From positions 35,650,001 through 35,714,000 of the forward strand of contig JBMRGM010000038.1 in the NCBI GenBank assembly GCA_052327205.1: 64,000 bases of DNA, given 5' to 3'. The stretch comes from Somniosus microcephalus (lineage: Eukaryota). The notes below the pieces were generated by a model. The model worked only from the letters and a program-made list of their open reading frames with translations, was not told the DNA's origin and did no database searches. Both the position numbers and the translations under genes were made by a program. Positions within the stretch are counted from its first letter, which is position 1. Every line of letters starts with the position of its first letter. Shown piece by piece: positions 11,324 to 22,856 of the stretch.

Positions 11324-11514
11324 ATCCCAGGTTTCTGTAACCAATAAAATGATGTAGCCGGGCTCCCAATAGGTGCTGGCCTAATTAAATGGACGCGCGG
11401 GTTCCTGGACCCCGCTCCTAAACAAGCACACGTACCGGGCAGACTACAAAATCGTACTCTTAACATATCTTAACACCGTATACTTTATATTCCTTAAACT
11501 ATCACCATAATTAC

Positions 11515-14500
11515 CTAACTTAACTTATGTACAGCGCCGCCCTCCGTGGGGCGGCCAACTGAATCCCTGTGAGGGCTGTCGCGCGCCACACCCTGCGGTG
11601 GGGCTGCACTGGCCTTCAGCTTTGATCCCCCGCAGCCTGTCGCTGTTGAACGGGAACCATGCCTTCCTGGGGCTGCTCTAAACTGAGGTTGGGAAAAATG
11701 GGGAGAATCTGGCCAAAACTTTCTGGGCTGGGGCGCTCGAGCCGACCTACGAGGGGCTGCTTTGTGTGGGGCTCCCGGGGCTGATGGACCGGGGGTCGGG
11801 ACTGTCACCGTCACAGCCTGTGGTTCCTCCACAGCTGCCGGCTCCAGCTCCCCTCCCTCAGGCTCCGCCCCCTGGGGTCGGGATTTGTGGCTTCCGACTC
11901 CACCTCACCTGTCCCTACAGGTAGTGAGTCTCCGCCCCCATTCCCTACCTCCCCCAAGCTTGAGTCGAGGGCGGGATCGTCGTCCTCTGACTCTTCCCCC
12001 TCCGTGATTGGGTCTAAGGGGAGGTCGAGCTGTTCGGGCTCTTCCTCGTCCGAATCCCAATCCAGAGGGGAGACCTCCCACTCCGATGGGGTGGCCCCTC
12101 CCTTCAAGCAGGCTACTGTTCCAGCCTGTGTGGTCTGTGACTCTGTTACAGGCTGAGGATCTTTGTTCTCAGACCTGGTCCCTTTTGTTGGCCCTTGTGC
12201 ACCCGGTTTAAACAGTTTACACTGGTTAATGTGAAACCATTTGGTACGTCGGGGCACCTTCACTGCATAAACCATGGGGCTGGCCTTGTCTACAATGCTG
12301 TAAGGTCCCATGTACAATGGTTCAAAACTCCCTACCCTGGCGTAGTTTTGGACCATGACCTGGTCTCCGACTACCCACTCTTGTTGCTTACGAGGTTCCA
12401 GTAACAGTCGGTTTCCCCGATGCTGTCTTCCCATGTTCCCAGCCGCCTGCCCATAAATCTGTTTCAGGCGCTCCAAAAGGGTTTGGACGAATTTGTCTCG
12501 TTTCACCTCTCGGAGCTGGCCCTCAGTGAGCACCGGGGCTAGTACATGGGTGGGTGTTCGCATGATCCTTCCAGTCATTAATTCGTGCGGGGAATACCCC
12601 GTACTTTTGGACTGGCTGGCTCGGATCCCCATGAGGACTAAAGGCAGGACCTCCGCCCATTTCTGGGGCGAGCCCATTGTCTCTTTCCTCAGCTTTTCCT
12701 TGAGGGTCCGATTCATGCGTTCAACAATCCCGGATGACTGGGGATTGTATGCTACGTGCCACTTCCCCTCAATGCCCAAGAGCATGAGGGCGTTCTGCAT
12801 TACTTGACCGGTGAACTGACTCCCTTGGTCGGACTCTACAAAACGGGGGAGTCCCCACCGTGAGAACACTTCCCGAATCAAGATCTTAGCAGTGCCCAGT
12901 GCCGTAGCTGTTCTGCACGGGAAGGCTTCTACCCATTTGGTGAACACATCTACCAGGACAAGGCAGTACTTATATCCTCCCTGGGCGGCGGGCAGGGGCC
13001 CTATGTAGTCGACCTGAATCGACTGCCATGCTCCCTCTACCCTCCTGATGTGCCCCATGGGCATCTTCCTTTTGTGGGGGTCTGGGTTGTTTGCAGCGCA
13101 CACAAGACAGCTTGTGCAGAAATCGCGGACATCGTCCCGAAGTCCCGGCCACCATCCCGCCTGCTCTACCCGCTGCCAGGTAACCTCAGGCCCGGGGTGT
13201 CCCGCCCCTGGACCCTCGTGGGCCAGTTGCAGGAATTCCCTCCGGTGCTGCTGCGGCACAACCCACTGCTCCCCTCGGAACAGCATGCCTTCTTTGACTG
13301 AGAGGGCTGCCGTACTGTACGGACCCTCTACCTGCTTGCCTTCTGTGATGGCTTTTAGGACTGTTTTTAGGGCGGGATCCAGGGTTTGGATGGTCTTTAG
13401 GTCTGGGGGCGGTGTCACCCCTGTGTTCCCTGGAATTCCCTCCCTGCCTTGGATCGCCGCCACGGGTCCGGGTTCATAGGGGTCCCAGAGAATGCCATTG
13501 CGGGCACCCTCCCTGGCTAGCGCATCCGCCTGCTGGTTGCCCTGACTGCGGGGTTCTGTGGTGGAATGAGCCTTCACCTTATGGATGAACACCTCCCCTT
13601 CCTCTCCCACAGCTGCCAGGATCTTTTCTAGCAAGGGCTTAACTGTTAAAGGCCGCCCGTCCGCGGAGGTATATCCGCGTCGGGACCAGATGGCGAGGTA
13701 CTCTGTACACGAATTGCATGTGAACATGCTGTCTGAGCAAATCGTGTATGGGGTTGGGAAAATCTCGGGGTGGGTAACCACGTACGCCACCGCGGACAGT
13801 TCAGCCTGCTGTGCGCTCATAGTGCTGGGGAGCTTAATTGCCAGGGCAATGTTTGCCGCAGGGTCATAAACTCCACACCCTGTGAGTCGTTCGCCAGCAG
13901 ATACTGTGCTAGAACCGTCTACGTAGATTTTGCGGCCTGTGGGGTGTATCCCGGCCCGTAAACCTATGTTGACCTCCCATACCCCTTCTACGGAACACCG
14001 ATGGGCTGTCCCGGGATATGCCATGTTGGCTGCGAGCCTTGGCGCGCAGAGGCCTTTAACTTTGAGATCCATCTGGGAAAGGAGGAGGGTCCAGCGCGCA
14101 ATCTGAGTGCTGCTTACGGTCCCATCCTTAATCCTTCCATCCAGAAGCATCTTTGTGGGGGTGTGATGGGTGAGGAGCGTGATGGGAGAGGTTCCTGTGA
14201 AGATCACTGATCTGTTCACAGCCCAATGCGTGGCCAGGAGATGCCGTTCGCAATTGGAGAAACTCCTCTCTACATCCGTGAGCACCCTGGAGGAATAAAC
14301 TACCGGTCTCAGCTTGCCGTGCCGCTCCTGGAGCAACACGGCGCTCAGGCTGTCCCCACTGGCGGCTACCTCAGAACTCCTCTCCCCCATCTATGGCCCC
14401 TAGGGCTGGCGCGGTCTGCAGATCTCTTTTCAACTTCTCGAATGCTGCCTGGCACCCCTCATCCCAAGACCACTCGACTCCCTTGTGTAAGAGTCGAAGT

Positions 14501-15873
14501 AGCGGGGCTGCTGTGGCAGCATAGTCCTCGATGAAATCTCTGCAGCACCCGGTCAAACCCAAAAAGGACCTTACACCCGTTACTGTGTTGGGAATCGGCA
14601 GATCTTGTATTGATTCCCTTCTGGCCTTATCTATGGCTCTTTCCCCAGCGCGGAGGGCCAGACCCAGGAATTTGACTTCCTGCTGGCCGATCTGGGCTTT
14701 CTTCGGGTTTACTTTGAAACCCTTCCTTTCTAACAGTTCCAACAGTTCGGCTAATAGTGGGCCGTGCTCCTCCCTTGTGTCCGTGAACAGGAGTAGGTCG
14801 TCCACATACTGTACTATCTGGTTGGGCTGGCTAAACTCTTTTAAACTCCCCGCCATGCATTGATGGAAAATGCTGGGGCTGTTGTGAAAACCCTGTGGCA
14901 AGCAGTTCCAAGTGTACTGTTGCCCTTTGAAAGTAAAGGCAAACTTGTACTGATCCTCCCGCCGCAGCGGAATGGACCAGAAACCGTTCGAGATGTCCAG
15001 CACCGTGAACGTGGTCGCCGATGCTGGAATACTCCCTATTAGGTCTGCAACTGCTGCTACCGTGGGCGCGCAGGCTGGGATGTTACTATTGAGGACTCTG
15101 TAGTCCACCGTGGCTCTCCACGAATTGTCCGGCTTCTTTACCGGCCATAATGGGGAGTTCACGTGAGTGGCTATTGTTCTCAATACGCCCTGCTGCACCA
15201 ATGAAGATATTGCGGTCTCCATGTCGGGTTCTGCCTCCTTGGGGAAGTTATACTGCTTTTGGGGTCGGATCATGGGGTCCCCGTCTACGCTGACTTCAAA
15301 CCCAGTGACTCTCCCACAGTCGTGCTTGTGGGTGGCAAACGCGGTCAGATTTTCCGACACACACGCCTGCAAGTTCGTTGGGACGTTCGCTACCATGAGC
15401 TCGAGATCGTAACCTCCTGACAGCTTCATGGTGCACAGGGCCCCCTTTTCTTCCTTCCCTGGGATTACGACTACCTTACCTAAACCGCTCTCGGCTCCCC
15501 AGAGACAGTGATTTCTCAGGTCCACGAGGATCCCGTGTTCCACCAAGAAATCAGCCCCGAGGATGCCTTTTCCACCCCCCTCACTCCACTTCAATAGGAT
15601 ACACGTCCATGTGGTGTGGAGTGCTCCCAGATGAATGGAGAGCGGGATGGAGTACGCGCCAGCCTGTTCTCTGCCTGTGAAACCCACTACTAAGTATGGA
15701 GCCTGGGCGGACAGAGGTGAGGCAAAAGGTTTATCTGTGTGGATCACGGTACACGAAGCTCCCGTATCCAACAGGTAACTACCCTTTTGTCTTTCCACCT
15801 CCATCTCCACCACAGGTCTTCTCCAGGCGTCATAGCGGAGCGGACACAGGTAGACGGGCTGCGCAGGCGTCAG
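11515..15873 (-). pseudogene. pol: pol of ERV copy 1 (PR-RT-tether-RNase H-IN), frameshifted
   Basis: LLDTGA; NSPLWPVKK; LPQGFHNSP; YVDD; YVDGSS..SAQQAEL..SDS; H-H-C-C; QVDYIGP/SDQGSQF/GIVERMN; GPY. A 5-nt deletion (TTCTG) at ~14372 relative to copy 2, and a probable second -1 shift near 11870. Confidence 0.9.
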
Positions 15874-17805
15874 TCATTTAGGTGTTTCGGTTGGGGTCTC
15901 GGGAGCGATAGGGCTGTTGGCGACCGCTACCTTCCCCTGCCAGGTCATCAGAGACCGCATAGTCTCCAAGACTGACTCGATCGTAGCGGGATCCACAACC
16001 GCACCACCCCCTGTTGTTGGGGCAGTGGCTACGGTTGGGTTCTGGACTGGTGCTGGGGCAGCGGTCTGGGCTTGGGCTTGGACTGGTGTTGGGACAACGA
16101 TCTGGCCGTGGGCTAGGACTTGGGCTTGGGCTCGGGCTTGGGCTGCGGCGAACGCTCTCTCTCTCTTATCCTTCCATGGATTTCTACAGTCCTTGCGCCA
16201 ATGACCCTCCTTCCCACACCCGTAACAACTGCTGTTGGCTTGGGGAGGGCGATTTCCCTCCTGATGCCATTCCTTTTTAGCAGAAGCTGCGGGCCTCACC
16301 TCATGCACCTTTCCTTTTACAACAGGCGTTTTCCTACCCTTGTTGTTCCTGTAACTGATCGTGAGCTGATCAAGTACTAGTTCCTCCGTGGAGCGGGCGT
16401 TAGTGGGGTCAAACCATGCTTTGGCCTGCTCCCTCACTATTGGCAAGCAACCTGCTACCAGGCACCGAAGCCAATGAGCCCTTTGTTCATCATTTAGCGC
16501 GTTCCGTTCCGGTCCTCCCGGGCAGCTGCGCCGATACACGGGCCACAACCTTCCGGCGAAAACCCGTGGGGGTTCTCCCTCTAGCTGCACTGTCTTTTCT
16601 AAACAGAGGAACGGAGTTCCGTCACCCTCTCCTATAATCTCCAGGATCTCGTCCCGTAACAACTCATAGTCCCTGTGCCCTCTCTTGCTCTCGTCAGGGA
16701 GACACTGGAGGAGCGAGCTGTCCAGGGAGAACAGCAGCATTTTAGACTGTTCAACCCCGTCGCAGTCATTGACTGCTGCGGTCTGCTCCACGTCCCTGAA
16801 ATGCACGGAGGGATCTCCTGACTCGGAGAGTTTTGGGATGTGACTTATCATTGCCCTCAGCTGTTGTGCGCTGTGGGGCATTATGATCTGATTCACAAGG
16901 GGTCCATCATCGCCATTGTCTTCATTCGGACCGAGCCTCCGGTGTCTAGTTGGACACACCGGCGCCGGTCCCGACTCTACTATCTGGTGTTGCTCTACCT
17001 CAAGAATCTCTTCATCTACCGTCTCCGTCTCCTTCCCCGGAGTCCAAGACTCATCATAAGCAGGAGGCGCAGAGGGTTCGGGGGTTGGTTCCCGAACTAT
17101 CTCTTGTGGAATCGGTCTTTTGGATTCCTTGGCTAGCAATAGCTGGCTCGCTGGTGGATTTATGAGACACACCAACCCGTTTGCCTTGGCTAGGGCCATT
17201 CTCAGGTCCTCTTGCTCCCGACGGCAAGTGCTGTGGTCGGTGCTCTCAGATCTATCCTCCATGGCCATCTTATATGCTGCCCTGGCTCCCAGAAGTTTTT
17301 CCTCTTGGGTCTCTATTTGCTTAGCTAGACGGAAACACCTGTCTCTCATTCTACCTTCACTGGCCTTGGCCTCAATGACCTGACATTTTAAATACTCTAC
17401 CCGGGTTTCGTGGCAGCGAGTTGTGGAGTGGCGTTCCTGATTCAGCGCGTTAAGCGATTCAATCAGTTTCTGACCTCCCGCAACCTTTTCCTCTACGTCT
17501 GTAAGCAACCCTTTGATCTGGGCTGTTTGTGCTGCAACGACTTGGTCCAAAAGCTGGACTTGCTTCTTGTAGCACATCAGCCAGACCGCCTTTTCTACAG
17601 ATTTCTTATGCTCTTTACCCTTTGTCCACTTGATGGCTGCGTCTAGCGGGCGCCTATCCCTTAATAGGTCCGATATCCATTGTTTTGTGAGGTTGACTTT
17701 TCCAAAAACATAATCTGCTATTCTTTCATCCATCACATTTCGTTTATTCAGACCTTGATCTAACACACTACTTTCCTGCTGCCAAGGTCCTGCCGCGGTC
17801 GCCAT
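15874..17805 (-). CDS. gag: Gag (643 aa), intact
   Basis: Coiled-coil N-half, overlapping late domains PSAPPAY, capsid-like region, single zinc knuckle CYGCGKEGHWRKDC. Ends in TGA in frame with pol. Confidence 0.9.
   Translation of the reverse strand: MATAAGPWQQESSVLDQGLNKRNVMDERIADYVFGKVNLTKQWISDLLRDRRPLDAAIKWTKGKEHKKSVEKAVWLMCYKKQVQLLDQVVAAQTAQIKGLLTDVEEKVAGGQKLIESLNALNQERHSTTRCHETRVEYLKCQVIEAKASEGRMRDRCFRLAKQIETQEEKLLGARAAYKMAMEDRSESTDHSTCRREQEDLRMALAKANGLVCLINPPASQLLLAKESKRPIPQEIVREPTPEPSAPPAYDESWTPGKETETVDEEILEVEQHQIVESGPAPVCPTRHRRLGPNEDNGDDGPLVNQIIMPHSAQQLRAMISHIPKLSESGDPSVHFRDVEQTAAVNDCDGVEQSKMLLFSLDSSLLQCLPDESKRGHRDYELLRDEILEIIGEGDGTPFLCLEKTVQLEGEPPRVFAGRLWPVYRRSCPGGPERNALNDEQRAHWLRCLVAGCLPIVREQAKAWFDPTNARSTEELVLDQLTISYRNNKGRKTPVVKGKVHEVRPAASAKKEWHQEGNRPPQANSSCYGCGKEGHWRKDCRNPWKDKRERAFAAAQARAQAQVLAHGQIVVPTPVQAQAQTAAPAPVQNPTVATAPTTGGGAVVDPATIESVLETMRSLMTWQGKVAVANSPIAPETPTETPK
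17787..17804 (-). other. Primer-binding site, tRNA-Arg(UCG)
   Basis: TGGCGACCGCGGCAGGAC, 4 nt from the LTR, is complementary to ...GTCCTGCCGCGGTCG-CCA, the vertebrate tRNA-Arg-TCG 3' end as recalled. Confidence 0.8.
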
Positions 17806-17808
17806 TTC

Positions 17809-19369
17809 TGTAGGGGGTTTCTCTTGCTCGTTCTGGTCTCCTGCCAGGCGTTGTGCAATAATTACCCTTGAGTGGTTTGACCCACTCCCCCTATGGTTCT
17901 AGACCTTGGACTTAGATGCAGAGAACTGTAGTGCAGAGAAAGGACTCAATAGACCAGGTTGAATAGCACGAAATGGATGCTTTTATTTTAAACAGTTTGA
18001 AGCATTACAAAATACATGTCATAGGCACAGATTAAAGTAACTACAATCATGCACAAATTTATGAACTTGACTCTATGGAAATGGGGAACACACGGCACAT
18101 CGAAAAAGGGAAAACACATTACGATTACCCTTAACTCCCTCCCCTATACCTAAACTAAGTTTTGACCTGAGGAACTTGGGATCATGCTCACCACTCTCAA
18201 AATCGCGAAAAAGGGGGTTCGCAGCCTTTTGGCACCGCTTTCCGTCGTCACGTGGATTTGGAAACTTCTGGCGCAGTCGATATTCTCTCTCTCTCTCTCT
18301 CTCGAGGCGGCGGGGTAGACACAGCCTCGATGAGCGCTCGTCAAGGTTGAAGATACCTAAGTCTGTTGTCGATTTTTGTTCATGGAGCAGAACAACAACC
18401 CAATGGGATGTTGAGATACGGAAGTGTCAGGCCCGGAATGTCCTTTCTCTCTGGCCTGGATCGTCGGTTTTCCTGAGGGTGTCTTCTCCTTCGGCCTGGG
18501 TCATCGATGATCTCCCGACCCCAGTACCCGGGCCACCCTCGTCGTCTTCTCGTCGTGGCCGAGCCTTGTCTGGCTGAACACCGACCACGTTGTCTTTTCA
18601 CCGAAATTGTCCGTCCGAAGCGTCTTTAAAAAGACGAAGCGTCTTCATCGATTCCGAAGCTACCGAGGTAGAAGAGGCGCCGATCCTGGATCGGTGTAAC
18701 CGTCACCGTCCGTCCTTCATTCGTCCGCTCGTTCCGTCGATGACTCCAATCGTTCTCCGATTCACTCCGTAACTTTTGATGGACTTTCAATCCATAGTTA
18801 TACTCTTTTGGGACAGTCTTATCTCCCGCCAAATCATAGTCCTGTCTTTGTATTAATTTTGGCGGGCAGAAATCTCCGCAGGGGCGCTTTGTCTTGTAAC
18901 GGGAGCCGGTGATAACTTAACTGGCCTTCCTGGCCGATAATGTCTTTTAATGTCTTTTACATTGTCATCGCGACTCGGTTCGCATATTGATCGGTCCGGA
19001 GATTTTCCTTGATGGCTGTTAAACGGTTTCTCCTTTGTACAATAAATGGGTATGAGTGTTTTTGCATTGTCCGCCCATATCTTGATGGGCCCCATCCTGT
19101 ACTTAGAATCCATTGAATATGTATGCTGTTTCCCTGAGTTTCGGTTTCCCGATACTGGCTTTCGCGGGCTTACTGTCTTCAATCCACAAGCCTGTCTGGC
19201 TTGCAGTAACAGAAATCAAACGGTCCAGAAAACTGATCACGAGGCCCGGCGGCCATTTTGTATGCCCTTTTATCAAAGGTTTTTCTGTGCAAGCTTACTT
19301 TGGTCAATAAACTGTCTTATTTTATCCTGTTTTCTTGCGTGATTATTGCTGAAAATTTCGAATCTTACA
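17809..19369 (-). repeat. 5' LTR of ERV copy 1 (1561 bp)
   Basis: Highly similar to 7005-8578 except a non-homologous ~115-nt block (~18355-18470) and (CT)n length. Confidence 0.95.
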
Positions 19370-20620
19370 CAAGCAAACCCTGCGCAACAACTTGTGATTA
19401 ATAAAGTGGTGAAATTAGCAAATCTGTAATGGTTATTGCTTGCATTTGGTCATTGATCAAGGCTGGGGATTTGCATTCTGAATACAGGAAGTTTTCCATA
19501 TTTATTTACTTCCATTAATGATTCTTGACCCAGTGGCATGCCTACTGAGTGTATTTAATCTTTTCACCAGATATCAGGCTACTGGGGTATGTGCCCCATT
19601 TCACTAGTTTATTAACAGCAACTTGGAAGTGTTTGCCTGGAGCGAGTTATCTTGGCCTGCTGTTTGTCCCTTGTTAAGGAGGTTTGTGGGGCTCTTGTGG
19701 AGTGAGGTTAGTGGGACTGATTATTGAGCCCCATGAAATTGCAACGTTCTGGAAATTTTAATGCTGGGATTAGTTTATTACTAGAAGTGGAGGTTCTTTA
19801 GTCCTCTATAACTGACTGGGATAATAAGTCTACATGGGGTAGATATCCATATTCTAAAAATGATAGCGGCACTAGCGAGGGTGCAAAAAACATTTACTAG
19901 GATGATTCCAGAACTGAGATTATTCTTATTAGGAAAGATTGACCTGTTTGGGATGCCTTCTTTAGGAAAGAGAAGGCTGAGGGTGTTTAAAATTATGACT
20001 GGGTTCGATGGGTTAGATATCGAGATGTTTCCACTTGGGGGCAAGACCAGAACTAGGGGCCTGTAACTACAAGGTAGTAACTAACTAATGACTCCAATGG
20101 TGAATTCAGGAGAAACTTCTTTACCCAGAGAGTGGTGAGAATGTGGATCTCGCTATCACGGAGTGGTTGAGGCGAATGGTGTAGCTGCATTTAAGGGGGA
20201 GCTCTAAGCATGAGGGAGGAAGGATATGCTGTTTGGGTGAGATGAAGGGTGGGAGGAGGCTCGTGTGGAGCATGGACTAGTTGGACTGAATAGCCTGTTT
20301 CTGTGCTGTCGATGGCTTGTTAACCTGCAGGATTAGTCACCTGAGGAACTGCATCTCTGAAGGCCCCTTCAATGGCTTTCGGTGTTGGCCGTGGCTCAGT
20401 GGACAGCGCTCTAGCCTGAGTCGGAAGGTCGTAGGTTCAAATCCCACTATAGAAACCTTGAGTACAAAAGCCAGGCTGACACTCCCAGTGCTGCACTGTC
20501 GGAGGTGCCATCTTTCGGATGAGAAGTTAAACCGAGGCCACTTCTGGCCCCTCGGGTGGATGTAAAAGATCCTGTGGCACTTTTGGAAGAAGAGCAGGGG
20601 AGTTCTTCCCTCTGACCAAT
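19370..20620 (+). repeat. Orphan 3' end of another ZP3 unit (last codons, polyA signal, downstream flank); paralogous to 5757-7004
   Basis: Starts CAAGCAAACCCTGCGCAACAACTTGTGATTAATAAA and aligns with 5757-7004 with scattered substitutions and indels. Confidence 0.9.
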
Positions 20621-20750
20621 TGTTATCCATCAGCCAACATCATAAGATGATCTGGCCATTATCACATTGCTGTTTGTAGGCTCTTGATGGGCTGCCATGT
20701 TTCTGACAATAGTGACTACATTTCAAAAGTAATTCATTGGTTATGAAATG
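20385..20750 (+). mobile_element. SacSINE1/DeuSINE-like SINE (homologues 37381-37750, 50535-50900)
   Basis: A/B boxes, Deu-like core, CATTGCTGTTTGT..CAGTGACTAC tail. Confidence 0.8.
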
Positions 20751-22856
20751 CATTTTTTAATTTGTTCATGGAGTGTGGGTGTCACTGGCAAGGCCTGCAT
20801 TTATTGCCCATCCCTAGTTAGCCTTGAGAATGTGGTGGTGAGCTGCCTTCTAGTCCAGTTGGTCAGTGTGCTGTTGGAGAGTTCCAGGATTTTGACCCAG
20901 TGACGATGAAGGATCGACGATATACTTGCAAGTCGGGATGGTGTGTGACTTGGAGGTGGTGGTGTTCCCATATGCCTGCTGCCCTTGTCCTTCTAGGTGG
21001 TAGAGGTCGCGGGTTTGGGAGGTGCTGCCGAAGAAGCCTTGGCGAGATGCTGCAGTGCGCCAGTGCTGGAGGGAGTGAATGTTTAAGGTGTTGGTGTGAC
21101 ATCCTGAATCTGGGTATGGCGCTGTATAAATAAGATTGTTCTTTCTAAACATCTGACGTGAGTTTGGGACCTACAATAAAATATAATTATCCCTAACCAA
21201 CATACTAGGTCCCCAATAGGGATTCAGTTGCCGTACTGGATCTCCAACAGCAGGTGGGGATAGAATCCATATCAACTTAACGAGCACAGTTTTGTATCTC
21301 TTGTGGCTGACCCTGGTCAGTGAATGCTGGCTGAAATCTGCAGTAGAACTGTTGTCAATACTTAACCACTTACATTTATGTAGCCCCTTCAACGTACTGA
21401 AATGTCCCAAGGTGCTTCACAGAAGCCCTATTGAATAAAATTTGACACCAAGCCACATACGGAGATATTAGGGCAGATGACCAAAAGCTTGTGCAAGAGG
21501 TAGGTTTTAAGGAGGAGGGAGTGCTGGAGAGGTTTAGGGAGGGAATTCCAGAGTTTGGGGCCCAGGCAGCTGAAGGCAAGGCTGCCAATGGTGGAGCGAT
21601 TACATAGAAACATAGAAGATAGGAGTAGGCCGCTTGAGCCTGCTCTGCCATTCAATGCGATCATGGCTGATCATCCAAATTCAGTACCCGATCCCTGCTA
21701 TCTCCCCATAACCCCTTGATCCCTTTAGCCTTAAGAAATGTATCCAACTCCTTCTTGAATATATCTAATGAATTGGCCTCTGCTGCCTTCTGTGGTAGAG
21801 AACTCCACAGGTTCACCACGCTGTGGGTGAAGAAATTCCTCCTTCAGCGACTGGTGCACAAGGTCACCCAGGTCTCGTTGCACTTCCCCTTCTCCCAATC
21901 TATTGCCATTCAGATAATCTGCCTTCCTGGTTTTGCCACCAAGTGGATAACCTCACATTTATCCACGTTATATTGCTTCTGCCCAATCACCCAACCTGTA
22001 AATCATCCTGTAGTTTCTCGGCATCCTCCTCACAGCACACACGCCCACCCAGCTTTGTGTCGTCTGCAAATTTAGAGATATTGCATCAATTCCCTTGTCT
22101 AGATCATTAATATATATATTGTGAATAGCTGGGGTCCAAGGACCGATCCCTGCGGTACCCCACTAGTCACTGCCTTCCACTCAGAAAAAGACCCGTTTAT
22201 TCCAACTCTTTGCTTTCTATCTGCCAACCAGTTCTCTATCCAAGTCAGTACCTTGCCCCCAATCCCATGTGCCCTAACTTTACATACAAATCTCTTATGT
22301 GGGACCTTAATCGAAAGCCTTCTGAAAGTCCAAATACACCACATCCACTGTGTTAAGTATGTGTATTGTATTGAACAATTAACACAAAGACTTAAACGTA
22401 TAACTCAAACAAGTCTTTACTGGTTGGAGGTAGGGACTATACTGAATACAAGATTACTGCACAGTGCTTATATACCGATGTGTTCACCCCCGGTATTACG
22501 TCTACAGCAGCCTGAGAAAGTAGTACATCTCTTAAGGTGGAACAGGCTTAAGCTCTCTTAAGGTGGAACAGGTTACATACACAACACTCCTCCCTTCTTA
22601 GCTTTATAGTCATCCCCCCATTTAACATAACGTAATAACATATATACATATATAACTTCATGTTTAACGTAACATATCACAGATTCAGTCTCTGCGGAAA
22701 ACAGTTCACAGATTCAATCTCTGTGGTGTAGTCGGTTCACGTTACTCATTCAATAGTCCTTTCATGGATTTAACAGCTTGAACTTCCGAACTGATTTGGC
22801 TCCGTTCGGAGGGACCACGTGTGTGATCTGGTAGAGGTGATAATGGTTCAGATGGG

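Larger units (their letters stand above)
7005..19369 (-). mobile_element. Full-length endogenous retrovirus, lokiretrovirus-like (LTR-gag-pol-env-LTR), copy 1
   Basis: Two ~1.56-kb TG..CA LTRs, PBS, PPT, gag with CCHC, pol with PR-RT(YVDD)-tether-RNase H-IN(HHCC, DDE, GPY), and env with furin site and TM. Dual RNase H plus an F-like env fit lokiretroviruses. Confidence 0.85.

Noticed and set aside
11515-11832. 105-aa ORF between pol and env as a separate accessory gene
   Set aside because: GTG start, and its composition continues the integrase tail; better explained as the frameshifted pol C-terminus.
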